Origin: Cercozoa sp. M6MM
Taxonomy: Eukaryota; Protista; Endomyxa: Ascetosporea
DNA length: 64,000 nt
NCBI GenBank assembly: GCA_040357565.1
Contig: JBDODJ010000042.1
Direction: 5' to 3' (one strand)
Below, one piece after another: positions 39,400-52,607 of the stretch. Both the position numbers and the translations under genes were made by a program. Within the stretch, counting starts at the first letter, position 1; each line of letters starts with the position of its first letter. The notes below the pieces were generated by a model. The model did not search any database, was not told the DNA's origin, and worked only from the letters and a program-made list of their open reading frames with translations.

Positions 39400-42300
39400 A
39401 TGCCTGAGGAGGACTTTAGCGACTCCGAGGGAGAGGTGCTGACCCCAATGCATTCAGCGTACATCAAGCCGAGTTATTCCGAGTCTCTCTCGGCAGAGTC
39501 CTTGTAAGACTACTGCAGTTCCTTGGCTAATAGTATTTATGACAGAACTGAATGCCAGAACTGCCTCCGTCTCGGTGATGCCAAACATCAAAGTGGACTC
39601 TCGGCCAGTCAGTCCAGAGCCGGCCTTGCCCAAGGCGGGAGAGTACGAGCACACCTCGTTCGCACAGCGTCTGCTATCAACGATGCAAGGAGGAGGCATT
39701 CACAGCCAAAGCGCTAACAACTCTCGCAGTTCGAGCCGCAAGCACTCGAAAAAGAAGAAGAAAAAGTCGAAACGTCGCCAACTGAAGGATTTGGACAGTT
39801 TTCGCACAGATTTCGCTGCTGTGATGCCAGACGCGTCCATCGACAGACTCTTGCACGAGAACTCGGAGCAGTATGCCAGCGCAGCTGCTTTAATGGCGAC
39901 ACGTCGCCAGCGTAGCGCGCAGACGCTAAAGGAGCTGGTTGCGGTGCTCAGTTTGTTTGTTTTTGATATCATCTGACTGGAACGTAAATTTATTTGACAG
40001 ATCCTCCGTATCGCGAACAGCAACGATGCAGCGCTGCGTGTTGAGCGACTGATAGATGCAGCAGAAGACTCAAAGTCGGATATCTCGGCTCAGATCGCAC
40101 TGTGGCGCTCGCTGGCCGAGATGTCGAGTGTACCGCCCGAGATTCGCGATTTCGTGAGCAACCCGGAGGCAGCAGATACGGTTGATGAGTTTGAGCGACA
40201 ACTGCAACAACATCGTCGCATTGATGTCGCTGATCTCGATATGAGTGGTTCTGACGGTGCGGTTGCGCTGACACTGGCGACTCAACTCGCGCACGGACAG
40301 GTGGCAGCAGTGTGGATGCAAGTGCTCACGCAACCGCTAGCGGAACTGCACGATGCTGTCCTCGACAGTGTGCGCTTGTCGCTGGCCTTGTCTCTAGCAC
40401 GCGGCGTCAGCGCGAGTGGCGAAGCTGATGCTTTGGGACGCGCAGCGCTTGCAGTGTCGCGCTTTGTGGCAGCATTGCAGGGGATCGACATCGACGATGA
40501 CACGCGAAGCGAGATGCGTCGCATTTCGACGCGAGTGAACAAACTCGTCAAGCAATGCGAAGAAGTAAAGTTCCACGATCAAAAACAAGCCATCGCAATG
40601 ATCGAGGATGTAGATTTGCCTCGAAGCAAGAAGTCAAGCAACAACAACACTGTGGCTGTGAGTCATGCTTTGCGAGTGCGTGCGCAGCTGGTGGAGCAAC
40701 TCATCGATGGTGTTGCTCGGATGCGCGACATTGACACGCGAAGCATCGACTTGAGCAACGCAGCGAAGCTCTTTTCGCTACGACGCGAATTCTTCGATGG
40801 CGAGAAGCACCAACGACTCGAGATGGTGCGACAAATGGAGAAACTCGCTGTCGAGCGACGCGACTGTGAATCGCAGCTCAACGAACTCTTCGAAGCACTC
40901 GCGAACGCGCCGAAACTGACGAAAACTGACGGCACGAGCAAAAGCACGTCACAACTCATCGCTCTGAACGACGAACTTCGCGAGTGCGTGTTCAAAGCTA
41001 CGGCGTCTTTCTGCTCCGATGCCAATCGCCGTTTCACCAAGATGATGCAGTCGCACGAACAAGGCCTCGGTGGTGTCTTTCTCGCGGACGAAGCTCGCGT
41101 AAAATTACCACAGCTCCAACTGAAAAGCTATCTTTCAACTCACGTCATGATTTCTCACAGCAAGGACAACTCGCACTCGTTTCGGTCCCTCAATTAGACA
41201 GCATCGCGACTGCCAACGAGCGCGTCGCGATTCGTCTGGGCGAAGAGCGAGCTGATTTGCGAAAGTGAGTTGCTGCATTTGGTGTTTCATAAAATTGATT
41301 TCGCCTTTGTTGCTTTCAGATACGCCGAACACGCGCAAAAAGCGAGCGCACGCGAGGAGCAACTCCAGAAGCGAATCGCCGAGATGCAACTCGAAGCCGC
41401 GCAAGGCGAACTCGAGCATCACGAAGCTTTGCACGAGCGCGAGAAGGAGCTTCGCGAGCGCGAGGAAGAACTGGAGCAAAAGAGCACGCAACTCGCCGAA
41501 ATCGAAACAGACTCGCGACAGCTCGTGCGCCAAATCGAACAGGAGCGAGACGAACTGGAACAAGAGCGAGACGAACTGAGACACGAACGTGAGCGACTTC
41601 GACTCGACGAAGCGCGACTGCGCGACGACATTGAAAAGCTCAAAGAGGACTTGAAGCACCTCGACAAGGACCGTGCCGCGATGAAAGCAGACCAAACAGA
41701 ATTGACCGAAGCGAAAGCCGAAATCACCGAAGCGAAAGCTGCGCTCGCACGCGATCAGTCAACTTTGGACCACGAAAAAGCCGAGCTCGAGCGCCAGAGA
41801 GCGAGCATGGCCGAGCACGAGGCGAAGCGACCAGTGCCGTCGGTCTCAGCAGTTGCTCCAATTCCGGCATCGCTTGAAAACGAGCGACGCCAGTTGCAAA
41901 AGGAGATCGCACAACTCCAAAGCGACAAAGCACAGCTCCAAAACGACAAGGCGCAGTTTCACCGAGAGAAAGCGCAGTTCGAAGACACCAAGTCGCGGTT
42001 CGATCAGCAGCAAGCTGCACTTCAACAACAGCAAGCTGCTTTGCAGCGAGATCGAGCGCAATTCGAGCGCGATCGAACTTCCCTGCGTCAGAATGAAGCT
42101 GCACTTGAACAAAAGCGGCGCGAACAAGAGCGAGCACTGCTACAACGCGAAGATGCGTTGTTGCGACAGCAGGAGGAAACTTTGAAACGCGAACGCTCGC
42201 ACGAACCGCGCGCTCGAACGAGTCGCGACGAAGCACTCGCCGAAGCGCAGCGACAGCTTCGCGAACAGTTCGAACGTGTTCGGCAACTTCAGTCGCAATT

Positions 42301-43434
42301 GTCGGAGCAGCAGGTACCTTTTCCTTTGCAAAAGCGGAACAAAGTAACTTTAAAGGTCGTTTCAGAACACGGTCGAAACGTATCGCAACGAAATTCGCGA
42401 GTTGCGCGACCGAGAGTCGAAAGTCGGCTTGGAACGTGACATTTCGGCGCAACGGAAGCTCGAAGAACAACAAACGCGCCTCCACGATCAACAGCGACGA
42501 CTGCAAGCACTTGAAAGCGAACTCAAAAAAGGTGAAAGAACTTGGCACATGTCGAAATTGAATCCATCACTTTCGATGATTATACAGAGCGACAGCTTCG
42601 CCAGGAAGAACAAGAGGCAGCCCGAGCTGCGCTCGAAAACGAGCGAAATCGATTGGCCGATTCCGATGGCACAGCCAAAAACCTCAAGGAGCAAATCACA
42701 ACCACGGAAGAGTCGCGTCTGTTGGCCGAACGAAAGATTCAGGAGCTGCAGCAAGAGGCCAAAAAGCGACGCAACCTCGAAGCTGCCCTCATGCGCAAAA
42801 ACGAGGAACTGCGCGCTGCCAAAGCTTCGCAGCGAGAACGAGCGCGCAAACAGTCCGCGCTGGAGAAGCGACTTCAAGACGCACTGGAGCAACTCGCCGT
42901 GTTGCGTGAGATTCAGTCTGAGGGCACTCGCAGGTACTACACCTTTAGTTCAGTTTTCAGTCCCAACTTAAGATACAACACAGAGAGCAAGCCCTGGCGC
43001 AGCCGCCGGCCAAGGAAACAACGACTGTGACGAAGCGTGTAGAAACTCGAACCACGAGAGAAGAGAACCAAGAGATGAGAGGCGGTTTGAACCTCCCAAC
43101 CCAAGGTTCAAGTCCCCGTTTTGAGCTTTCACTCGAAAGCATCGAAGAAGAGAACGCAACTGAAGCCTTGGATGACGAAACTGAATATGACTATTTTAGC
43201 GTCACGAGCGGTAGCACTCGAAGCGAACCAGAGTTACTTTCGCGATCCGAGTCGCAGCAGCTTCAAGTCAGTGCAACACAGCCAACGGAAGGTGTGCAGC
43301 CGGAAACGGCACCGGCGGAGATGAGTTTCTCGTTGCAACGAGCAGATGCACTAAGCGCCCGAATATTTGTCGCGAGAGACGGACACCGAGCGGTACCTGA
43401 CCATTGGATTACCGTTGTAAAATATACTGTGTAG
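39400..43434 (+). CDS. Large coiled-coil protein, unknown function
   Basis: Long exons (ORFs 40121-41197 and 41270-42439) with E/Q/R heptads such as QLQSDKAQLQNDKAQFHREKAQFE. No family recognised. Confidence 0.7.
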
Positions 43435-46279
43435 TTATAACGATGGGTATGGCTTGACAGGGACCCTTCACGTTCACGCAGTTGCTGACAAAGTTGCAGT
43501 CGAGGGAGTTTCGCACGTCGGATCTCATCTGGTACAAGGCGCTGGGAGAGTGGTGTCGAATCTCTTCCGTCCTCTGCGTGAGCACTCCTAGCATGAGTCA
43601 AAGCAGTCGCAGCGGTGGTCGTTAACTGAGGGGACTGCAGAACGTTCAATTTTAGATAACTGTTATGCTATATTTGTTGGCGAGGTAATAGGCGCGTTCA
43701 AGGAGTTTGTCCACTGAGATGCGCAGCAGTCGTGGCGACGAGACGAAGAAGTCAACCTCGGCTGAAGAAGAACAGAGCTGCAGCAGGCGTCGCGCTTGAA
43801 GCAGAGCTGCGATCGACACGTGCGACAAGAATTCGGGTTGATTCAATGCATACTCGCAGAACAACGTATCGCATAGGCGTAGAAACTCCTCCTTCGTGGT
43901 GATTCGAGCACACAGTGTAGATTGGAGCTGAGAGAGCACGCGATCAGCACCGCCACAATATTTGAAATGTTCAAACAGCTTTTCGTCTTCGCATTTCAGC
44001 GCCTGCAGCGCTTGCTCGAGCACAGCTTCGTTCGAAACTGACTGTACCTTGTCAAGCACAAAAGCAGTCACTTCGCTCGCCGTGATGATGTCCAGGGTGT
44101 TGTTATTGCTGCACAACTTTCAGTACATTCAGTTCTTCATTCCGCTTGCTTGCGAGAGTAAGGGAAGCGAACCAAACGTAAAATTTACCAATTGGATGGA
44201 ACATACCTCGCGAAAGCGTTTGCGACGAAGGCGATTGTCTTTAAGGCATGCGTTGACTCTGCTTTCAGTTTGCACTGCGATCGCAATTTCAAGACAATCA
44301 TATGTGTGGCTTCATGGATTCGACGCGCTTGGGAGAACGGACGCGTCTTGCGTTGCCGTCGTGTTTGCGCCTCAAGTTTCCTCCAACCACGAGTGTCACG
44401 CGGCAAATTGAGCAGACTGCGCCAAACCGCAAAGCGAACTTCGTTCGGAACAGTGTTTCCATTTCGCAGAAACTGATGCAGTTCTTTCGCGTTGAGTCGC
44501 AGGTCTGCAGTGTCTTTGCGTCTTCTTCTTCTTCTTCTTGCAGAATCCGCGATGTCTGTGCCGAGACTTGCCCGCGTTTTGATCGAGTCCTGTTCTTTGA
44601 TGAAGGCGAGGTCATCATGTTCCTTCTTTGAGAAGCACAAAGCTCGCTCAGTCCATGAACTCAAAACCGACTCGGAGTTGCACTTGGATACACTGAATGC
44701 CAGCGTTGAGTCGACGGGAAGCCTCTTCCTTCGAAGCACGTGATGGTTGGAGGGTATGTCTTTGGGTCTAACTTCTTCCAGTCGTGAGATGCGTCCGATA
44801 GAAACAGCGCCTTGTTTGAGAAGAGCAAAGTACTTGTCGTTAACAGAGAAACCACCAGGCTGCGATTCTTCTCCTTTCGCTTCGTCGTCGAGGTGAAAGA
44901 TTCTTGTGTTTTGCGCTCTTTTTCTTTTGTCAGAAATTGTCGCGAGTGGAAACATAACAAAACCACGAGTTTGTCGCACAATAACGTTGTTGCGATGCGT
45001 ACTGAGCCCGAGTACTGAACCCAACTTGCGGCAAAGTCGAACTCTGATAATCTTCTTTGCAAAAACACTTGGTTCGATGAAGATTGCATTTCCGTTGTTC
45101 GACCAACTGACGCAAGCTCGACCGTTGAGTAACACGTGGTTGACTTCCTTCGCTTGCTCAGGCAGCTGCTTGCTGTCCATCAAGACGTGCTCAACAAGGG
45201 GTTTGCTTTCTGGAAGTTCGATATGCCATAGTTGAGTCTTTTTCGAAGTGCGAACAAGCAGCCGGCAGTGCTTTCCTTCTGTGCTGATGCAAGCACTCAA
45301 CACTTGCGAGTCAGAGTGAAAGCTCGTTATAAAGCACATGGTCCTTGCGTTCCAAACCTGGCTTGTACAGCAAATTAAGTACTGCGCTGCTACAACCAGC
45401 CTGTGGGTAAATGAGCCAATTTTACACACACACGGTCGTCAACGAGACTGAAGAACAAATCCACTGCTTTGCCCAGCTGCAAGATGGGCTTTGCTCCACT
45501 CTTTATCACCGGGCATTGTGCAACTGCCTTCCACAAGACGACGGTGTGGGATGCACGACGTTGCAACTGCAGAATTTGCCCGTCTCTTGTTCCGACGAGA
45601 ACACTGCCAGAAGCTGACATTTTGAGCTCGGACACAAGAAGGTTAGCAGTTATTTTGAGTTAAGTGTTAGTGGACTATACCAGCAGTCTTCTTCGCTCAC
45701 AAGATGCGCTGACAACGGACTGCCAAGCTGGCACACAGTTTGCACGCATGCAAGTTTCTCTTTGAGCGACACAAATAAAACGGTGCCCCTTCGAGTGCTG
45801 ACAAAGAGTGAGTCGCGATCAACGAAGAAACAGTAGACAAACTCGGACTCTGCGTGCTTGAGCGTACCCAGAGCTTCTGAGGCACCGGTGGCTTGCTCGA
45901 GAACTACGTCATTGCGAAGTCGCGATGTGCGCACATCTTTGGCTGGACACAGTTGCACCAGCGCTCCTGTGGTCATCGACGTTACACCTGGAAGACAGTG
46001 CGTCTTCTCCAGAGCGTCGCTAGCGCTCGAAAACTCGCCTCCAAGCAACTAAATGTCCTCAATTTTCCCGCGCGGATGTCGCAAAATATCACGCGATGTC
46101 GTTCTGGGACCGATCGTACGCCGTGGCTTATCGCTGATTAAGATCAGACCGCCTACTATGCGGGCGACGCGAGCGAGGATCCGATGACTGCCGAGGAGGT
46201 GATCGCATGCTGCCTGCTCACGGTCTAGGACAAGCGCTACGGAAACTCCACGGTGCTTGTGGCGGATCAGTTCGCACAT
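43409..46279 (-). CDS. TBC1D31: WD40 + Rab-GAP TBC protein, TBC1D31/WDR67-like
   Basis: N-terminal beta-propeller-like exons, then LHQFLRNGNTVPNEVRFAVWRSLLNLP and EDEKLFEHF..ITTKEEFLRLCDTLF. 3' end ambiguous. Confidence 0.68.
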
Positions 46280-46430
46280 CCAGACTAACCGAACCGTCTG
46301 ACGTGAACGGAACGGGACGGGAACTCGACTACAACGACGCTAGCACTGAACGCTGAACGATAGTCTACAGCGCAGAATCTACGCTAATCATAACGTAAAC
46401 TAACATTCCGCCCGTCGTTCAGTGTGCGTC

Positions 46431-48574
46431 TTAGTTCGACTCGGGCACGCGAATCTCGTACACCTGACGGTCGTCCCACGTCTGAAAACAACAACACAGC
46501 AAATACAGTCGTACGTAGAGGCACAGCGTATAGAGATGCACCAGAAGGTCGGCATGTCCGGCCGTGTGCATCTCAACGATCGTTGAAACGCACTTGCTGT
46601 CGCGACAGACGTCAAACTCGAGTTCGACTTGCTTGTCAAAGTCGAGCCACACGTGCACGGCACCGTCCTTGGTCACGCCGCTGCAAGCAAGTATGGTCTT
46701 CTAATACAGAGGTGTAGTAGACTAAATCAGAGTACCCAACAGCTTCTTGCATGGGCCAGTCGAACTTCTGGCAGTCGGCCTCGTCGCACTCGGCAACAGA
46801 AATCTTGACGGTCACATCGTCGGGAATGTCACCACTCTTCGAGACGAGTCCTTTTGATTTCACGAACACACATAAACACACAGACACACAGACACACCAC
46901 ACATTAAACACAAGGGAAGAACCTACGTCCACGGAAGGTCGGAGGCAGTGACAGGTAGCCTTCGGTGCCCCTGTACAAAACAGAGTTGTCAAGATGGTCA
47001 ATGTGTCTGTCAAAGCACAGTGATACTTGCGGAGACGGCGCACTTCTTCGCGCATCAGATCGCTCGGCGGCTGGAAGGCAGTAGCAGTCTCGACCAGGAA
47101 GGACAGCGCACCTAGACAAACATACACAACATACAGTACTTTATGTGTACAGCGTGGGTGCTGTACCATGATCGTGGTAGGCTTGGTGAATGTTGCCGCC
47201 CTGTATTTAAACTCATTGTGAAAGCACAGAAGCCAAGCAAAACAAGCAAGCACAAAGTTACCAAGCAGCAGCTGCGTGCAGACCGGTAGTCTCGAATGGA
47301 ATCAGCCATGAGACCGGCCAGCGTCCAGTGCATGTTGTCGATCGGTCCGGGCAGCTTGATGCACGTGCCGTAGTTAATACGGACCTCGCGCGCGTAGCTG
47401 TGGAAGTCGAGCACCTTGACCGGACGCAGGTGCTGCTGCAGCTTCACCATGCCTTGTGTCTCGACTTCGCTCAGAGCACTCGTGCCACGGTAGGTCTCAC
47501 TGCGCGGCACGGTGCTGCCAGCGCACGTGGCATCCCAGCCCACGTGGTAGTTGCGGTTCAAGTCAACGCCGAGCGAGCCGTCGGAATTAGAGCGCATATT
47601 CTTTCTATGCATGTTATTCGACGACCAGACTTCGTTCTGGGGGGGGGGGTAAAGAGAGTAGTACAAGATGCAAGTAGTCTAACTTACCAAACCATCCGGA
47701 TTGAGCGTCCACTGCAAGAAAACAGAGTACCTCTATGATGGAAAAAGGGCAGTTTAATAAAATGCATTGTTTGTACAATGAAGTAGATGTCCTGATGGTC
47801 CAGCGTCAAGGTGGCCCACTGTTTTCCGTCAATGTAGTCTTCAAGCAGGCGAGTGGCCGTGTCGAGAATGATCTCGGGCGTCACGAGTTCCCGCGAGTGG
47901 TGGTTTGACACAACAACGACGTTGTGCTTGGGCGCCGCGTTCTTCTTTGGCGCGAACACTCGCAGGTACAGCACTTCATTGCCCTGAGTTTTCAAAACAC
48001 AACATCAGCGAGGTCACATGACGCAAAACACGGGTCACCTGAATGGTCTTGGGCACGTCAAACTCTTCCTGGACCGAATGAAGTTTGGCCTGTGCTGCTT
48101 TACCTTGGTAGTTCACCTCGAGTTTTTGGAACTCACGAAGCAACATTAAGGGGCTCTGCACACTCAATACGGTTTCGCACAGAAAAATACAGAAAATAAA
48201 GTTACAACATTAAAAAAAAAAAGACCTACATGGTATCCCTCAACAGGGGCAGCATGCTCTTGGCGTTCCGCCTGAATCTGCGAGAACGGACGCGAAATTT
48301 CCTCAAGTTGAGATTCCAGACCCAGCAGAGACAGCTGCGACTGGATTGCCTGCTTGTTCAGCTTGTCGCTCAGCTCGACAATGACCTCAACCGAATCACT
48401 GTCGTCCGCGCGGATGAGGTCACCGTTGCCAGCCAACTCCATTTTCGGGAGCACCTCAGCGTACGGCATGGCACGCTGCACCAGGGCCTGGGCATCAGTG
48501 CCTTGCACCGAGAAGCGCGCGTGTTCACCGGAGCACAACTGTGCCAGCGCCAAAACGCTGGTCAAAAGCTTCAT
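46431..48574 (-). CDS. Secreted zinc carboxypeptidase, peptidase family M14
   Basis: Signal peptide MKLLTSVLALAQLCSG; HSRE (HxxE), RKN, GVDLNRNY, ETYRG..SEVET, LDFHSY, SFLVET. Confidence 0.92.
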
Positions 48575-48865
48575 CGCGCAAACGTTTGCCGAGTTTGTGA
48601 CAAAAACTAGTTACACACACCTAAGTGCAGTAGTGCAGCACGCCGAAGAGCCCTCTGTACTTACTTGTACAGTAGTGCGATCTTGGCCAATTATTCGATC
48701 AAATGATCAGCGGAAGTAGTGGACGCGATAGTTTGCCGTATGCCGTGCCGTGCTGTACGTTACTGCTACTCTACCGCCGTCTTAACCTACCCGCTGCTCC
48801 AGCGCCGTCTTAAATAAGCTGGGTAAATAAATAATGATAAATAAATACTGAACGCAATCGCACGA

Positions 48866-50463
48866 TCAGGCCCCTTCATCCGGGCCCATTGGCGCCTCGC
48901 CACCAGGCGTCAGTCCAAACAGTTCGTCATCAGCGATGGAAACGAATTGCAGCCTCATATCCTCCTTGGTCCAAAGCAACTTGCTGTCGCGTTCCTCGAG
49001 CTGAGCCAGGTCGCTTTCGGCCTCGGCGGAAGCGTCACTCGATGTCGCAGTGGTTTCGCCCGACTTAGTTTTTCGTTTGGCACGTGTCCTCTGCAAGCCC
49101 AAGCGGAGTAAAGGCATTAAAAGAGACCAATAAGAGAGAGAAGAAAACACACAGGCTTGCGAGTGATACGTCGCTTCTTTGGCGGTTGCATGCCAGCCTC
49201 GATGCCGTACTTGTTGCGAAACTCTTCCGACAGGTGCGAGTACACACCTGACACTTGGTACGGCTGCAAAGTTTTTGCCTTCAGCAGCACTTCGGCACGC
49301 TGCTGAATCTCCGCGTCCGCGTTGACGACGTTGGTCAACTGAAGTACGCAGGCGAGTGTTCTCTCAAGCAAATCAGATCGAAACCACAGGTGAAAGAAAT
49401 ACCTCATGGTCTCCCTCAAGTTTCTGAGCGATGCGATGCCACTCTTGCCGCTCTTCTTCGCTCGCTTCAGACGGTGTGTACCATGCTGCAAGCATTAAAA
49501 TTAAAGAAAAAGACCAGCTTTGATTTCAATAGTTTTCAAACTGCAGAAATGAAAGGAAAATACAAAAAAAAAAATCTGAACCATCAGTCGGGATTTCAAA
49601 CACTTCCTGCTTGGCTGCTCGACTCTCGCTGCTGACACACGCAGCGCCAATCATTGATGTTAGCGAAGAACGCATTTTCTCCGCCTTGAGCGAAATGTCA
49701 AAACTCAGTGAAGCCACCTCGTCCGCGCGGATGGCACCTGCGATCATAAAAAAGATGTTACAAAATTATCACGGATTAGAACAAGCGTACCCAGTCGCAG
49801 CAACAGACACGCTTGTTTGAGGAGTGACTCGGTGTGCGGCGTCATCGCGAGCGGAATCAGTCCGTGCGGTTGTAAAGCTTTCACTGCCATTTTCGCAATC
49901 TCCTGCAAAAAAGACCAAATGTTGCGCAGAATTCGCTAAATTAACGGAAAAAGTAAAATTAACCAAATGTTGCGCAGAATTCGCTAAATTAAAGGAAAAA
50001 GTAAAATTAACCAAATGTTGCGCAGAATTCGCAAAATCAAAGAAGAAAGCGCCAAACTCGAGTTTACCGAAAGTTCCAGAGCAGTCAAACGACCAGGCAG
50101 TTTGTCTTTTCGCAGTTGCATGATTGCCTATGCATGTGCCGAATTAGACGCCACACCCCCTCCCCAAACAGCAAAAACAGTCACGAAAAGTGAGTACCGA
50201 AAGTAAGATGCGCAAATGAAGCGAATGCGCTCGTTTCCTCCTTTCCACGTCCATGGATGCCCTGAAACAACACGATGGAACCCTATAGAGCACACAGGAA
50301 AACAGTGTTGGTTGTACCACTGCCTCCAACAGTGCAGCATCGAGTGCAGGTGCTGCGGCACTTTCTGCGCCGTCAGCGGGTCCTCGAACGTGCCGAAACG
50401 ACGCGCCAACTCGAGCAACTTGCCTGTGGACCCAACAACAAGATAATTCGCTTTTAAAATGTG

Positions 50464-50525
<62 letters not shown>

Positions 50526-52438
50526 CGTGAGTGAGTGAGTGTGACTTGTAAAACAACAGATACGTCGCATGTCGTGCTCGACCTGTCGCGTCGTCGTGAT
50601 GGGCGCACACGTGCGACGACACAACTCTTCCGGTCGCGGACGCAACCTTAACGATTCACTTGCCCTGTCCACACGGTGGTCCATCTGTAGTTCGGTCATA
50701 TGTACATTTGTGTTGGTACAAGAGTGCGGCGGCACACGCTATCGCTGCTGGGAGTCGGCCGCCGCAGATATCCAATTCCACCGCCATCGACAAGAGCTCC
50801 TGGGGGGGGGGGAGGGTTAAGGATAGGGCAGGGGGTAAATGGGGAATCAAGCTGTGTACCTCGGTCCTCTCGCGTAGCTGCTCATGCTCGTAGCCGAGCG
50901 ATTCCTCCTTGCGTAGGAGGCCGCCCTGCTGCGCCTCCATAGCCGCCATCTCGTCATCCTTCCTCGCCTGCTCAAGTTGGGTACAAGTAAGCGGTACAGG
51001 TAAGCGGTACAAACAGGTAGCGGTACAGATGTACATCATTGTCCCCCTTAACTAATGTGTACCATAGCCAACTCATCATCGTCGCCAGGCAGAGCGATTC
51101 CGACCAACACGCGCAGCTGCCGCAGCACGCGACGCCCGTGTCGCTGAAGCGCCTGCTCCGGCTGCACTTGCACCGCGCCTGCACCAAACAACCTTGTTCG
51201 CCAAGAACCTTGTTGCTCAAACGACCTTGTCTCACAGGTAGTACCTTCCTCGAAGTAGTGCTTCAGCGCAAAACGCACGCGACGCCTCAGCAGGGAATAT
51301 TCGCTCTCATCAAAAAGCCGCGCCACCTGCCGACCAAAAAACAGCCGATTATAAAAACCTTGTCCAAGACACACTTGGTACTCGTGCAGTGTCTGACACA
51401 CGTACCTGCTCGAACGATATTGTTCGCGCGTTGTGCTTGGCCCACACCAACACCGCCGCCGCACACATGTGGCGGTACTTGCGACTACGGAGGGGGGGCA
51501 AATGGGGGGTAAATGGGGGTAGATAGGGGGAAGGGGTAACAATACCCAAAGCCATAGGTCGCAATCTTCTTTTCACCGTCACGGTACAGATCGAAACACC
51601 TGAAATGCAGGTACAAATAGACGGACACACAAACGGACATGGGACAAATAACAGAAGGACGGTACCTTTCGTACACCTTCTTGATGCCGAGAAACCGTCG
51701 ATCGTCAATGCCGCAGTGATGCATGACATGTCTATTGTCAGAAAAGATAGAGGGGACAAAAGGGCAAAAAGGGGTCAAAAGGGGTAAGTTACTTGAGCTC
51801 CTTGAAAATCTCGGGTCGCGCGCGATCGGAATACGAGCGATACGAAACTGCGAGTTTGCTTTCCTGCCCAGCAAAGGGGTAAAGAGGGGTAAAGAGGGGT
51901 AAAGAGGGCGTAAAAAGAGGGCAAAGAGGAGTGAAGAGGGGGTAAAGAAGGAATAAGGAGGAGGTAAAACCTGCGCAGTAGCTCCGAGCAGTTGGTTGTG
52001 TGCCCTGCCATGGTACACCTTCTGACCCGTGTCCACGAGGTCGCCCGATGCCTATCACACACGCACGTACATTTGGCACCATTCAGGCACTGATCAGACG
52101 GGCCAAAAGCTACCGTTTTGGCCGTGTCCAGTGCACCCACGGCCATCGACTGAGTGTGTAAGTGGCCACACTCACGACACACCGGTCCTGTCAACACACG
52201 TGTGTATGTACAAGTGCGTACATCAATCAAACATAGAGAACAGAAGGTTACCTCCCGCATCCTGTGACCACTCAGCAGCGTCTTTGGCGCCACACGAGCT
52301 GCACACGCTCGCTGCAAAACACAGAAAACAGGAAAATCGCGCCAAAACAATCCTGTGGGGTCTGTCTGATCAATCAATACCCGAATGTAGGGCGTCACGT
52401 GAGTACTCGCGGACGGCCTCTGCGCCGGCCCCTAGCAT
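48866..52438 (-). CDS. TFIIB-related factor, BRF2-like
   Basis: Zn ribbon VCSSCG..QDAG|GPVCRECG; cyclin repeat 1 RRKYRHMCAAAVLVWAKHNARTISFEQ|VARLF; repeat 2 ELLSMAVELDICGGRLPAAIACAAAL; then KLLELARRF..VPQHLHSML. Splices in phase down to the 48866 stop. Confidence 0.75.
49914..50035. repeat. 48-bp tandem repeat (~2.5 copies), intronic
   Basis: ACCAAATGTTGCGCAGAATTCGCTAAATTAAMGGAAAAAGTAAAATTA units starting at 49914, 49962 and 50010. Confidence 0.92.
50460..50542. repeat. (TG)n microsatellite, intronic
   Basis: Seen directly. Confidence 0.95.
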
Positions 52439-52607
52439 TGGGAAGTGTTGTGAGCACGTGCGGGACACACACTGACCACTCAGACAGGCCCAGTTTTTTC
52501 TTTATGTTGTCATTCTTCGACTTTTCGGAGCGCCGCTATTTTCGCCAGATGGAAGTGTCATCATTCACCAGGCAGCGCAGGCCTGTGTGTATAGTATTTG
52601 TTAGTTA

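Noticed and set aside
41419-42548. Long antisense ORFs over the coiled-coil, RPL18A and myosin genes
   Set aside because: Shadow ORFs expected from GC3-rich or repetitive sense codons.
49914-50035. CRISPR-like repeat-spacer pattern
   Set aside because: The 'spacers' are near-identical, so it is a simple 48-bp tandem repeat in a eukaryotic intron; no cas genes are present.
51871-51970. GGGGTAAA repeats as interstitial telomeric sequence
   Set aside because: GGGGTAAA/TTTACCCC matches neither strand of TTAGGG/TTTAGGG-type repeats, and its orientation follows the gene strand.
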